Source: a bacterium (GTDB lineage: Bacteria > Patescibacteriota > Dojkabacteria > B142 > OLB20). Taken from it: a DNA stretch of 64,000 nt. The notes below the pieces were generated by a model. The model ran no database searches. It saw nothing but the letters and a program-made list of their open reading frames with translations, and was not told where the DNA came from. Location: assembly GCA_021463645.1 (NCBI GenBank), contig JAJTYI010000004.1, positions 46,277-110,276 of the forward strand, read 5' to 3'. Below are positions 20,428 through 30,237 of the stretch, one piece after another. A program made the position numbers and the translations under genes. Each line of letters begins with the position of its first letter. The stretch's first letter is position 1.

Positions 20428-20539
20428 AATATTATTAAATATAACTAATAATACAATTAATATTGATAAAATTCATCTTTTGAATTTCCAGATACCTAAT
20501 ATTTCTGATATATTACTCCTTGTTTTTATCGATTTTATG

Positions 20540-21223
20540 AACCTATCTGACTTAAATACAAATATAATAATCGATTTTGATAGTACCTTTGTAAAACTTG
20601 AAGGACTGGAGGAACTCGCAAAAATTACTTTAAATGGAAATACTCGTAAACAAGAAATAATAAACAAAATTGAAGAGATAACAAATCAAGGTATGACTGG
20701 AAAAATCAGCTTCCAAGATTCTTTGGATTCCAGACTGAAAATGTTCCAGTCATCTAGAAGTGATATAGCTAGTTTAGTAGCTTTGTTAAAAGAAAATATT
20801 ACAGAATCTATTATTAGAAATAAGGAGTTTTTTCAAGATAACTCCTCGCGTATTTATATAATTTCTGGTGGTTTTGAAGAATGGATTGTTCCAATCGTGA
20901 AAGGATTCGGAATTAACGAAAAGAATGTTTTGTCCAACAAGTTTATTTATAATTTAGAGGATAAAATCTCAGGAATTGATAGAGATATTGCATTATGTAA
21001 GACTGGTGGAAAAATTGAATGTGTAAAAAATCTGAAACTATCTGGTAATAAAGTTATGATAGGAGATGGTTATACTGATTACGAAGTAAAAAAAAGTGGA
21101 GAAGTAGATAAGTTTGTACTTTTCACAGAAAATGTTCACAGAAAAGAACTTGATGATTATGCTGACTACACATCCAAGAGTTGGGAAGACGTACTCGCTT
21201 TTTTGGAAAGTCTTCACTCATAA
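20540..21223 (+). CDS. HAD-superfamily phosphoserine-phosphatase-like hydrolase
   Basis: IIDFDSTF (DxDST) motif; GDGYTD near the C-terminus; the ATG at 20540 is preferred to 20480. Confidence 0.65.
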   Translation, partial: NLSDLNTNIIIDFDSTFVKLEGLEELAKITLNGNTRKQEIINKIEEITNQGMTGKISFQDSLDSRLKMFQSSRSDIASLVALLKENITESIIRNKEFFQDNSSRIYIISGGFEEWIVPIVKGFGINEKNVLSNKFIYNLEDKISGIDRDIALCKTGGKIECVKNLKLSGNKVMIGDGYTDYEVKKSGEVDKFVLFTENVHRKELDDYADYTSKSWEDVLAFLESLHS

Positions 21224-21316
21224 ATCCCGTAATGTAAATTCCTCTAAAATTATTTAACATCGCTTTGCGCTTGTGTTAGATTATTAATAATATCTATTTT
21301 TTGATACCGTAACTCT

Positions 21317-24064
21317 ATGAATACTTCATACGATAAAAGAACCAAAACGCTTATTATAGCTGCTGTTGCAAGTCTTTTTGTGTTTCTTATGTTGATACTT
21401 GGTGTGTACCTTTTCCAAAAAAGAGAAGTCGCACCTGATGACAGTGATGCTGCAGTTGAACCAGTTGTTACAGAGTGGAGAGTGGGCGATATTTGGAAAC
21501 AAAAACCAGCCCAAAAGGAAACATTCCAAATACCAACTAATTTCAAAGAAGGTACAGTTAAAATCGAAACACAATGGGGTTGGAGTGCGGGAAATACTAG
21601 TTGTATAGTTCAAATGAACGAAACTCACGAATTAAAAATTCCTGGATTAAATAAAACGATTGTAATGGAAGATCTAGGTAATGGTACCGATCAGGCTGAT
21701 TGTACTGCGGAGATTAATGCATTGAAAGCTTTGGGTTACACCAATGCTCAAATCGGACCATTTAATTTACCACACGCTGACGAAACAAAAGATAACACAT
21801 GGTTTCCTGCCACTCCAAAGGTAGTGACCGGGAATTGGGATAGCTCGAAAGGAGCTTTGGTCGTAGATATAAATTTTACCGGATTGGATGGACCACCAGA
21901 AGAGTGGTGTAATAGAACAACCGGAACAGATAAGGATGATCCAATTTGTAATGGTTCCCATGAGTATAGGGTAAGAGTAATTTGGAATGCTGTTGAGGAT
22001 ACACCAACACCAACTCCTACACGTACACCTACACCAACACCAACTCGAACACCTACACCAACAGTGACACCATCACTAACTCCTACTCCAGAGCCTTTAA
22101 AAGCTAATCTTGGAGACTTCGTATGGCGAGATAACAACAAAAATGGTATTCAAGATGATGGAGAACCAGGAATTGAGGGGGTTACAGTTAACTTGTATAC
22201 AGAGACAGGTACTACAGCGATTGCAACGCTCCAGACAGATGAATTAGGTAATTATACATTTAGAAATATTGACGCTGGGAAATATATTGTTGAATTTGAA
22301 GACATTCCTAGTTACACCCGAACAGGTGCAAACTTAGGGTCGAATAATGATAAAGATAGCGATGCAAACGTAGTTTCAGGAAAAACTGAGGTCATCACTT
22401 TAACTGCTGGACAGACAGACAATTCGTGGGATGCAGGTTACTATCTGCAAGTTGGAAAGATTGGAGACTGTGTTTGGGAAGATATAAACAAAGATGGTAT
22501 ACAAGACACCTCTGAAACGACTGGTGTACCTGGTGTAACGGTTGGTCTTTATAGTAGTGCAACTTCAACTACAGCACTACAGACAGACACCACGGATAAT
22601 ACAGGATGTTATCTGTTTGATAACGTAGAAGCAGGAACATACGTGGTCAAATTCACACTTCCTGCTGGCTATGCGTATAGTCCTGAAGGCGCTGGTACAG
22701 ATTCTTGTAAAGACAGTGACGCAAACATATCAACTGGTTATACAGGAAACATAACACTAGATGCAGGAGAAACCGATCTTTGCTGGGATGCTGGTCTATT
22801 TAGATTAAATCCGCAAATTCAAATTATCAAATCAGAAATTGCTGATCATAATAATGCTACTGATTTCCAAATCATAGCCTCAGGAGGTAACGCAACGTTC
22901 CATATTACGGTTACAAATACAGGCGAAATTGATTTGAAAGATGTAGTTGTAACAGATGCGATGGCACCAGGGTGTGCTAGGAACATCTCAACAGAAGACT
23001 TAGCCGACAGTACACCTGTAGGTGTTCTCAAGGTTGATCAAAGCGTTACTTACTCATGTCAAGATACGAATGTTACTGAATCCTATACTAATGTTGCCGA
23101 AGTGATAGGAACACCTATCGATGGAAGGTCCCCTGTTGAGGATGAAGATGATAGTGAAGTTGTATTAGCTGGAACTCCGGCAATTAGAGTACAGAAATCT
23201 GAAGTAGAAAATCACTCAGTGGCTCAAGATACTCAAACTGTTGAAAAAGGTGGTACAGCAACTTTCTACATTACTGTAACTAATATCGGTGCAGTTGCAT
23301 TGGAAAATGTGAATGTTACTGATCCATTGGCATTATCATGTGCAAGATATCTTACGGAAGATGATGGTACAGCCGATACTCTTCAAGTATCACTTGCCAT
23401 TGGAGAATCGAAATCATTTACATGTACCCAAGCAAATGTGAACTCAGGTTTTGTAAATGTTGTTACAGTAACTGCCAAATCAGTAGATACTGAAGAGGTC
23501 GTCACAGATGACGATCCTACGACAGTAGTAGTACCAGGGAATGTTACAGTAACCAAAACCTCTGCACCAACATGTCAAGCAGATACATCTGCGACAGTTG
23601 TCTACACAGTGACTGTAACAAATCCAACCTCTGAAAGTAGAGTATTGGAAATTACAGACATATTAGATGAGAAAGTTACTGGAGATATGCTTAGTGTGAG
23701 TTCCATCTCCGCAGGTGGTGTGTATAATGCCGACCTGAATGAAATTGTATGGGCAGATACAAATATGGCTGCAAACGAAACTAAGACCTTTACCTATTCA
23801 GTTACAGTTCAAAACGCTGATTTCGGGACCTATGTTAATACCGTGATAGTGAAACAGGATGGAATAGAAGTCGGTAGAGCAGTACACACTGTAAATGTAA
23901 TGTGTCTTCCAGCCACAGGAATACTAGGTGATAATACAAACAGGATTATCATACCAGTAATAGCAATAATTTCGGGAATTGCATTCTTCGCACTAGGTGG
24001 TCACATATATGTTGGAAATCTAATCGGTAAAAGAAAAACCAATGGTGGGATTTTAACAGATTAG
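21317..24064 (+). CDS. large cell-surface protein: 2 SdrD-B/Cna-B-like repeats, 3 or more DUF11-like repeats, LPATG sorting signal
   Basis: N-terminal TM/signal; GDFVWRDNNKNGIQD and GDCVWEDINKDGIQD repeats; ATFHITVTNTG and ATFYITVTNIG repeats; LPATG (23906-23920) + TM + KRK tail. Confidence 0.85.
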   Translation: MNTSYDKRTKTLIIAAVASLFVFLMLILGVYLFQKREVAPDDSDAAVEPVVTEWRVGDIWKQKPAQKETFQIPTNFKEGTVKIETQWGWSAGNTSCIVQMNETHELKIPGLNKTIVMEDLGNGTDQADCTAEINALKALGYTNAQIGPFNLPHADETKDNTWFPATPKVVTGNWDSSKGALVVDINFTGLDGPPEEWCNRTTGTDKDDPICNGSHEYRVRVIWNAVEDTPTPTPTRTPTPTPTRTPTPTVTPSLTPTPEPLKANLGDFVWRDNNKNGIQDDGEPGIEGVTVNLYTETGTTAIATLQTDELGNYTFRNIDAGKYIVEFEDIPSYTRTGANLGSNNDKDSDANVVSGKTEVITLTAGQTDNSWDAGYYLQVGKIGDCVWEDINKDGIQDTSETTGVPGVTVGLYSSATSTTALQTDTTDNTGCYLFDNVEAGTYVVKFTLPAGYAYSPEGAGTDSCKDSDANISTGYTGNITLDAGETDLCWDAGLFRLNPQIQIIKSEIADHNNATDFQIIASGGNATFHITVTNTGEIDLKDVVVTDAMAPGCARNISTEDLADSTPVGVLKVDQSVTYSCQDTNVTESYTNVAEVIGTPIDGRSPVEDEDDSEVVLAGTPAIRVQKSEVENHSVAQDTQTVEKGGTATFYITVTNIGAVALENVNVTDPLALSCARYLTEDDGTADTLQVSLAIGESKSFTCTQANVNSGFVNVVTVTAKSVDTEEVVTDDDPTTVVVPGNVTVTKTSAPTCQADTSATVVYTVTVTNPTSESRVLEITDILDEKVTGDMLSVSSISAGGVYNADLNEIVWADTNMAANETKTFTYSVTVQNADFGTYVNTVIVKQDGIEVGRAVHTVNVMCLPATGILGDNTNRIIIPVIAIISGIAFFALGGHIYVGNLIGKRKTNGGILTD
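22001..22096 (+). repeat. Pro/Thr-rich tandem linker (TPTPTPTR units) inside the adhesin gene
   Basis: acaccaacaccaactc recurs at 22001 and 22031; encodes TPTPTPTRTPTPTPTRTPTPTVTPSLTPTPEP. Confidence 0.8.
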
Positions 24065-24081
24065 GATTTACTGATACAATC

Positions 24082-24113
24082 TAGGGTGTCGCAGTAGCGG
24101 CACCCTATTTTTT
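24082..24113 (+). terminator. intrinsic terminator after the adhesin gene
   Basis: tagggtg...cacccta hairpin followed by tttttt. Confidence 0.7.
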
Positions 24114-24127
24114 ATAAAATTAAAATT

Positions 24128-25156
24128 ATGAACTGGAATAAAAAGAATGTATTAATTACTGGTGGTGCAGGTTTCATTGGGTCTAATTTAGCCAAATATC
24201 TGCTTCAGAACAAAGCAAACGTAACCATCTTTGATAATTTCTCCAGAAACAATGTAGAGAAAAATCTTCCATGGCTTGAATCCTTCGGTGGAGGCATACA
24301 AGTCATTAGAGGTGATGTCAGGGATGAATTGTCGGTTACCAAGGCAGTCCAGGGCAAAGATTTTGTCTTCCATGAAGCAGCTCAAGCAGCAGTAACTGAT
24401 TCTGTAGTAAATCCAATTGAAGATTTTGAAATCAATGCAAGAGGGACACTGAATGTTCTGGATGCGACGAGACAACACAGTCCTGACGCAGTCTTTGTTT
24501 TCGCCTCTACAAATAAAGTTTATGGAGGATTAGAAGAATTTAATGTTGAGGAGAAAAACGGTAGATATGCGTTTTCAGATGATGCTCTATTAGAGGGTGT
24601 TTCAGAAGATGTTAATCTCGATTTCCATTCTCCATATGGTTGTTCGAAAGGAAGCGCGGACCAATATGTTCGTGATTTTTCTAGAATTTACGGATTAAAA
24701 ACTCTAGTATTTAGACAGTCATGTATATATGGACAAAGACAATGGGGAACCGAAGATCAGGGTTGGGTTTTTCATTTCTTAAGAACTGCTTATCAGAAAG
24801 AAACTATAAAAATATTTGGTGATGGGAAACAGGTTAGAGACTTACTCTATATTGATGATCTTCTTCGCGCTTACGAAATGGCAATCGACAACTTGGAAAC
24901 CACATCGGGTAAAATTTACAATGTTGGTGGTGGACTTGTGAATTCTGTCTCTTTAATTGAAGCATTAGATGTCATCGAATCAATCCTTCAATCCAAGGTC
25001 AAAACTGAATATTTCCCATGGCGACCTGGAGATCAAAAAGTGTTTATCAGCAATAACAACAAGGCATTAAATGATTTTGGATGGGCACCTCAAACAAGTG
25101 TCCATGAAGGAATTGGTAAATTGTATAACTGGGTTCAGGAATTATCTAAAGCGTAA
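24128..25156 (+). CDS. NAD-dependent sugar epimerase/dehydratase (CDP-paratose 2-epimerase-like SDR)
   Basis: TGGAGFIGSN Rossmann motif, YGCSK catalytic motif, WGTEDQGWV. Confidence 0.8.
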   Translation: MNWNKKNVLITGGAGFIGSNLAKYLLQNKANVTIFDNFSRNNVEKNLPWLESFGGGIQVIRGDVRDELSVTKAVQGKDFVFHEAAQAAVTDSVVNPIEDFEINARGTLNVLDATRQHSPDAVFVFASTNKVYGGLEEFNVEEKNGRYAFSDDALLEGVSEDVNLDFHSPYGCSKGSADQYVRDFSRIYGLKTLVFRQSCIYGQRQWGTEDQGWVFHFLRTAYQKETIKIFGDGKQVRDLLYIDDLLRAYEMAIDNLETTSGKIYNVGGGLVNSVSLIEALDVIESILQSKVKTEYFPWRPGDQKVFISNNNKALNDFGWAPQTSVHEGIGKLYNWVQELSKA

Positions 25157-26930
25157 CTGTTTTGTCTACCAGTTTGGCTGACTCTAAGTTGTTAACCGAG
25201 GAAATCCACAACTCTCCATTACTTACGTAGTTGAAAATTTCCTTAGTTAACCACCGATAATCGATAGATTCTGCGTCAGTCTGAACTAATATTTTCATAA
25301 CCTTTGAAAAAGGATCCACAAGAACAAGCTCTTTCTTGCCTTCGATGTTTCTGATATAAGTTATGTTGTTAGTCTCCGGTTGGAAATGAAATGTAGATTT
25401 CTCAATATTGTCATTTGTAATTCTTTCGATTTGTTCGCCAGAATAACTATGAATAAATAACTCACCGTCGAGAGTTAATGCTAAGATATTTCCATCATCA
25501 TTTACTGCTTTTGGTTGAGATACTCGTTCTTCATCACCTGTATTAAATTTTATAAGGTTCGTCGTACGATTGAAGCGGATATTGTTAGTGTAAATTCCTT
25601 CTTCGGTTATATTTGACTGTTCTTTACTTACAAAGCTAAATATAAATTGATTACCATCTTGGGAAAGTAATGAATCTTGTAATTCTCTATTCGATAGGTC
25701 GTATAAAATACTTTCTTGATTATCGTCCAAATTGGTTTTTATAATCTTACTTTCACTATCGGTTTCTCTTATAAAAATTCTAATATCTTTTCTATAATTA
25801 ACTAAGTCTAATTTCCTCGCTGGCTGATCAGTCTTTGTCGATATTAACTTTGTCTCTTCTCCTAGGAAATCAACCCAATGAACAATGCTTGCTTTATCAA
25901 CTTGGTTTTTTAGAAAGTATACCTTTTCATTTCTTTCATCTATCCATGGATTTGTGTTCATACCATCTACTGTGAGTTGTTTAGCATCGCTCCCATCGTA
26001 ATTACTCAGGAATATTTGTTTTCCAAGTGCAGTTTCTTTCACGAATGTAATCTTTCCATCGGGAACAAGTTTGACAGTTAAATCAGGATTTATCCCTGGA
26101 TGTAGATTTACAAGAGTGTATATTTGTTTCAAGAAACCTTCTTTTTCGAACAAAATTTCTTTCTCATAAATTGAAAGTTCGTCAATCGCTAACATACCTT
26201 TATCGTCTGTACTAAGCTCAGTGTCATTACCTATGGTGACTTGAGTATTTGCGAGTGACGTGGAATCTAACCAATTCTGGATATAGATTTTGAAAGTTGA
26301 AGAAGGTTCTAACTTGATATCATATTTATTTTCAATATTTGGTTCTACTATCAAATCGATGACTTCGTCTACATAATAACTGGATGCAACTTTAAGCTTG
26401 TAAAGTCCTGTTTTCTTGTTTTCTAATTTCAGTTCAATAGACTTTTCATCAATTTTACTTGTTTTTTCAGTTAATTCTTTATCATCTAATAAAAATTTAA
26501 GCTCGTTAAGTTGAAGTTCACTCACATCACTCATGGTTACAGTTAAATTTGCAAGTGTTGCATCTGTCAATTCGACACTAAGGGTATTAACGCCATTATC
26601 AATAGTAATTGATTCTACGAGATTTAAGTGTTTGTCAGAGGTAACAATAATTTCATTGTTTCCTAACTTGAGTTCTTGTATTTTGTAGAATCCATTATTT
26701 CCAGTTATAGCACAGTTGTCTTTGATACATACATTTGCCCCAATAATTGGGTTTTTATTCTTATCAAAAATGTAACCCTCTAGAGAACTATCAAAAAGTC
26801 TTTTATCGAGTCCTAGTCCAAAAATTAATACACACAATGTTAATAGTATGACAGTTCCTAATGGTAGGAGTATCAAGGATTTGTATCTCTTGAAAACTGA
26901 TGTTTTTGACAGATGTACTTTCTTGGGCAT
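25146..26930 (-). CDS. hypothetical membrane-anchored protein (CarboxypepD_reg-like repeats + TolB-like propeller region)
   Basis: 594 aa; N-terminal TM; GANVCIKDNCAITGNNGFYKI resembles carboxypeptidase-regulatory-like domains. Confidence 0.55.
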   Translation of the reverse strand: MPKKVHLSKTSVFKRYKSLILLPLGTVILLTLCVLIFGLGLDKRLFDSSLEGYIFDKNKNPIIGANVCIKDNCAITGNNGFYKIQELKLGNNEIIVTSDKHLNLVESITIDNGVNTLSVELTDATLANLTVTMSDVSELQLNELKFLLDDKELTEKTSKIDEKSIELKLENKKTGLYKLKVASSYYVDEVIDLIVEPNIENKYDIKLEPSSTFKIYIQNWLDSTSLANTQVTIGNDTELSTDDKGMLAIDELSIYEKEILFEKEGFLKQIYTLVNLHPGINPDLTVKLVPDGKITFVKETALGKQIFLSNYDGSDAKQLTVDGMNTNPWIDERNEKVYFLKNQVDKASIVHWVDFLGEETKLISTKTDQPARKLDLVNYRKDIRIFIRETDSESKIIKTNLDDNQESILYDLSNRELQDSLLSQDGNQFIFSFVSKEQSNITEEGIYTNNIRFNRTTNLIKFNTGDEERVSQPKAVNDDGNILALTLDGELFIHSYSGEQIERITNDNIEKSTFHFQPETNNITYIRNIEGKKELVLVDPFSKVMKILVQTDAESIDYRWLTKEIFNYVSNGELWISSVNNLESAKLVDKTVTL

Positions 26931-27007
26931 GTTTATTATTGATTGACAGGGATACTGTATTCATTCTATCTTTAATTTACCTACTCTTCAATTTTTACTT
27001 AAATCTT

Positions 27008-27661
27008 ATGAAAATTGTTATTAAAAAGCCAAAAATAAATCTGTCGAAAGTCAAACTAAATAAAACAAACCATAGTATTGCTAATATATTTAGATACTTT
27101 TATGACTTTGATGAATTTGTCAAAATGTATTTACCTTTGAATGAGATTAAATTACTTGTGTTTCTATTAATTGCCAGCGTTATTACATTTTCTACATACT
27201 TTTTAACCTCATATATTCGCGCGGATGATTTAACAATAAATGAAATCGCAAAACAAGTGGCATTTCTTAATTATGCAATGTGGGGTGCTTACATAATGTT
27301 TGTTTTGGGAATAAATCTTCTGATTGTTTTGTTATTTAGGGTTCTTAAGATTAAACAAGATGATAAAAAATTCTTATTAAATCAAATCACAATAGCAATT
27401 GCAGGGTACTTATTTATGAGAATCGTGGCGATGGTTATAATTTTGTTAGATGAGAAACTTCCTTTTGAAATTAATTTCGAATACAGCTTTTTTAACTTTA
27501 ATCTACTGACAATACTTTTTATCGCTCAGATTTCCTTAGCGCTTGTAATTTATAATCTTTTAATTAGGAATCTTCCTGAAAAGATGAAAAGTAGAAAACT
27601 TTTAACAATGATTCTGGCAGTGATTTATGTAGCTAGTTTGTGGACTCTGACCGCCCCTTAA
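27008..27661 (+). CDS. hypothetical polytopic membrane protein
   Basis: Hydrophobic ORF; the ATG at 27008 avoids overlap with the divergent gene start at 26930. Confidence 0.45.
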   Translation: MKIVIKKPKINLSKVKLNKTNHSIANIFRYFYDFDEFVKMYLPLNEIKLLVFLLIASVITFSTYFLTSYIRADDLTINEIAKQVAFLNYAMWGAYIMFVLGINLLIVLLFRVLKIKQDDKKFLLNQITIAIAGYLFMRIVAMVIILLDEKLPFEINFEYSFFNFNLLTILFIAQISLALVIYNLLIRNLPEKMKSRKLLTMILAVIYVASLWTLTAP

Positions 27662-28410
27662 ACCTTCGGTATAAGTAATTTGTACTGATCGATGTTGTCT
27701 ATAGTGGAATACTCCTGAACAAAATGCCAAAAAGTTGAAGAATTATTTGTCTTTTCGTTGGTGGTTTCTATTAAGCCTGACGAGATGTAGTAATTATCAA
27801 CAACATCTGCATTAGGATAGTAAACATACCACACTGGTAGGTCTGAATTAATGAAATTATCTAATACTGGAATGATATTTTTATATTCAAAATCTATTTC
27901 ATAATTATTATTATTCAAATTTCTGTAATCTACATTTCCGATATTTGAGTTTTCTCCTACAAGTTCGTAGTTTAAGGCTATAACAGGGATATCAAATTCT
28001 GAATTATCCATCATATTGGTGAATGTGAATGTAGGAATAATTAACTTTTCTTCTGGAAGATATGCCCAAAGAGCTGATACTCGTATTGATTTCAGATTTA
28101 GTGTCCCATCTGATTCGGTTTCTCTTACTATTAGTTCCTTTCCAACATCTGTGACGATTTCAATTAAAATTTGCTTTGAAGCGCATTGCTCGCATGTTGA
28201 TTCTTCGCTATCCTTCAGTTGGTTGTTGTTGTTATCGTAGTAGAGGTTGATTTTTTGATTATCAATCAAGAGTGAATCTGCTAGATCATAATCCTGCGCT
28301 GAGATATCACTGCCTTCGTTGCTCATCACGAAGAAGAATAGTGTCAGTACTAGAAAACTAACTATCGATAATGACAAAACCATAAGTTGTATACGTTTAC
28401 GTAACTTCAT
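27658..28410 (-). CDS. hypothetical secreted protein
   Basis: 250 aa with an N-terminal signal/TM; Asn-rich; no family recognised. Confidence 0.5.
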   Translation of the reverse strand: MKLRKRIQLMVLSLSIVSFLVLTLFFFVMSNEGSDISAQDYDLADSLLIDNQKINLYYDNNNNQLKDSEESTCEQCASKQILIEIVTDVGKELIVRETESDGTLNLKSIRVSALWAYLPEEKLIIPTFTFTNMMDNSEFDIPVIALNYELVGENSNIGNVDYRNLNNNNYEIDFEYKNIIPVLDNFINSDLPVWYVYYPNADVVDNYYISSGLIETTNEKTNNSSTFWHFVQEYSTIDNIDQYKLLIPKV

Positions 28411-28455
28411 ATTTGAATTTCTTATTTAAGCGAATTTAGATTCTAACATATAAAT

Positions 28456-29127
28456 ATGAAAAACTTATTAATTATTGAAGATGATCTTCAACTTGCATTT
28501 ACTCTAAGAGAGTCTCTAAAACAACATGGATTTAATACTACCATAGTAGACAACGGTAGAAAAGGTTACAAATACGCGATATCGAAACATTTTGATTGTC
28601 TTCTCGTTGACTTTAAGCTCCCTGAAATGAATGGTGATGAGATTATCAATAATCTCAGAGTTAGAGATATTGAAACTCCAGTACTTATGTTGACAGGTCA
28701 GGCATCCTCAGAACATCTTGCTAAAAGCTTTCGAATCGGTGTAGATGATTACCTGTCAAAACCTTTCTCCCATATCGAATTGACTGCACGTATTGAAAGG
28801 TTAATCAGCAAACCCCCTATGCAGAGATACTCAACTCATAAAATTGGCGAAATTGAAATCGATTTTCAAGGAATGTGTATTCGCAAAGATGCATTTTGTG
28901 AATCCTTAACAAAGAGGGAGCACAAACTACTAGAGTTTCTGATACTAAACAAAAATTGCATGGTATCTAGGGATAGGCTTGTTTCAAATGTTTGGCTTGA
29001 TAAGCCAGATATTACCCATAACACTGTTGATTGTTATATCTCGAACCTGCGAAAAAAACTAAAAAGAATAAAAGCAAAGGATTTCATCGAGACCTCGCAC
29101 GGTTATGGTTATCTTTGTAGGATTTAA
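28456..29127 (+). CDS. OmpR-family response regulator
   Basis: Receiver domain (DD...D...K pattern) plus winged-helix C-terminus (VDCYISNLRKKL...GYGY). Confidence 0.85.
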   Translation: MKNLLIIEDDLQLAFTLRESLKQHGFNTTIVDNGRKGYKYAISKHFDCLLVDFKLPEMNGDEIINNLRVRDIETPVLMLTGQASSEHLAKSFRIGVDDYLSKPFSHIELTARIERLISKPPMQRYSTHKIGEIEIDFQGMCIRKDAFCESLTKREHKLLEFLILNKNCMVSRDRLVSNVWLDKPDITHNTVDCYISNLRKKLKRIKAKDFIETSHGYGYLCRI

Positions 29128-29786
29128 ATTGGAAGTATAATTTTTACTAAGGTCCCTATACCGCTTAGGGATTGAAACTTCAGCACTCCCCCAAACCTGT
29201 TTTCAATGATATCTTTAGTTACTGGGAGACCAATACCAAAATGGGAGTCTTTTTCTGAATATCCATAATTAAAAATTTCTTTAATTAAATTATTGTCAAC
29301 TCCAATTCCATTGTCCAAGATTGTAATCACCAGTTTGTTTTGTAATTTGTTTATTGAAATTTTTATTTTCTTCGGTTTATGAGGGTTTTTCTCTAAAAGG
29401 GCATCAATTGAGTTCGAGATGATATTAGTTATTACTCTGTCCAATAAGAGTTTGTCATAATTAATCGCAAACTCCTCTTGTACGTCATACAAAAGCAATA
29501 TTTTGTTTTGTTCGATTATGAAGCCGAATTTATTTGTAACAATTTTACGTACAAACTCTTCTACTGAATACTTGGTGTTTTTATTATCAAAAAAATAGGA
29601 ATTATGGATTCTAGATATTGAGTGCAAGAATTCAAGTGAGTCAAGTGTTGCCACTATTGTCTTCTCGAGTTTGCGAGGATTCGTATAAATATGAGATTTC
29701 ATATTCTCTAGACTGATACCAATATTCGTAAGTGGGCTTGCAATGTCATGGATAAATACTTCAAGTTCGGTTGGTGCTCTGTTCAT
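29124..29786 (-). CDS. sensorless cytoplasmic histidine kinase (DHp + HATPase_c only)
   Basis: H-box FIHDIASPL; N/G boxes NIISNSIDA, DNGIGV, GIGLPV; no TM or sensor domain; 4-nt convergent overlap with the regulator gene. Confidence 0.8.
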   Translation of the reverse strand: MNRAPTELEVFIHDIASPLTNIGISLENMKSHIYTNPRKLEKTIVATLDSLEFLHSISRIHNSYFFDNKNTKYSVEEFVRKIVTNKFGFIIEQNKILLLYDVQEEFAINYDKLLLDRVITNIISNSIDALLEKNPHKPKKIKISINKLQNKLVITILDNGIGVDNNLIKEIFNYGYSEKDSHFGIGLPVTKDIIENRFGGVLKFQSLSGIGTLVKIILPI

Positions 29787-29939
29787 ATGCTCTCAATAAA
29801 ATATATAAAGTGTAGAGCATTGATGTGATTATATTGTTTGTTCACTCTGACAACTTTGGATTCAAACGCAAAATATTAGAATCCGTGAAAAAAGATGAAA
29901 AAAATAGGGAAAAACATTATAATAGAGAGCATTCAGCGG

Positions 29940-29945
29940 TATAAT
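29940..29945 (+). promoter_or_regulatory. candidate -10 box (TATAAT) for the tRNA-Arg transcription unit
   Basis: ggtataatg at 29938-29946; a second tataat lies at 29918-29923; no clear -35. Confidence 0.3.
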
Positions 29946-29975
29946 GCTGATGTTTCGAAAATATAAGCAATAAAT

Positions 29976-30146
29976 GCGCTGATAGCTCAATGGATAGAGC
30001 AACTGCCTTCTCCCGATGATTTGGACGAAGCGGAGCGAGTCTATAAATCATCGAGGATCCCGTAGATATGATTTGTGAAGGATCGGGATCCACGTCATTG
30101 TAATGCTCACTAAGTTCGCATACAATGAGCGGGATAAGCAGTAGGT
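29976..30146 (+). pseudogene. truncated tRNA-Arg(UCU) copy (positions 1-47, no T arm or 3' acceptor) with a 124-nt structured insert in the anticodon loop
   Basis: 29965-30011 is identical to 30154-30200; 30136-30146 is identical to 30201-30211; the insert at 30012-30135 has three 7-9 bp helices plus terminal tcccg/cggga pairing. Confidence 0.65.
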
Positions 30147-30164
30147 AACACAAAAGCAATAAAT

Positions 30165-30237
30165 GCGCTGATAGCTCAATGGATAGAGCAACTGCCTTCT
30201 AAGCAGTAGGTTGCAAGTTCGAATCTTGCTCAGCGCA
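30165..30237 (+). tRNA. tRNA-Arg (anticodon UCU)
   Basis: Cloverleaf by eye: acceptor gcgctga/tcagcgc, D arm gctc/gagc, anticodon stem actgc/gcagt with loop cuUCUaa, T arm gcaag-ttcgaat-cttgc, discriminator A; flanks gcaataaat/atttattgc extend the acceptor helix; T-run follows. Confidence 0.9.

Noticed and set aside
21250-22140. Minus-strand ORFs 21250-21546, 21326-21628, 21748-22140, 21767-21961 and the alternate-frame plus-strand ORF 21399-21608 within the start region of the adhesin gene
   Set aside because: They are embedded in or antisense to the 915-aa adhesin gene. The GVGV repeats of 21748-22140 are just the reverse complement of the PT linker.
30012-30135. Group I self-splicing intron in the tRNA-Arg anticodon loop
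   Set aside because: At 124 nt it is too short for a P3-P9 catalytic core. Group I splicing expects a G as the last intron nucleotide, but this insert ends in T. The only GAAGG complementary to the 5' exon lies mid-insert without a G-U wobble. The host copy also lacks a T arm, so splicing would not yield a tRNA. It is kept as a finding, but not as a group I intron.
29917-30159. 80-aa minus-strand ORF across the tRNA-Arg fragment and its insert
   Set aside because: It is antisense to a tRNA-derived, highly structured segment and has no recognisable protein features, so it is most likely fortuitous.
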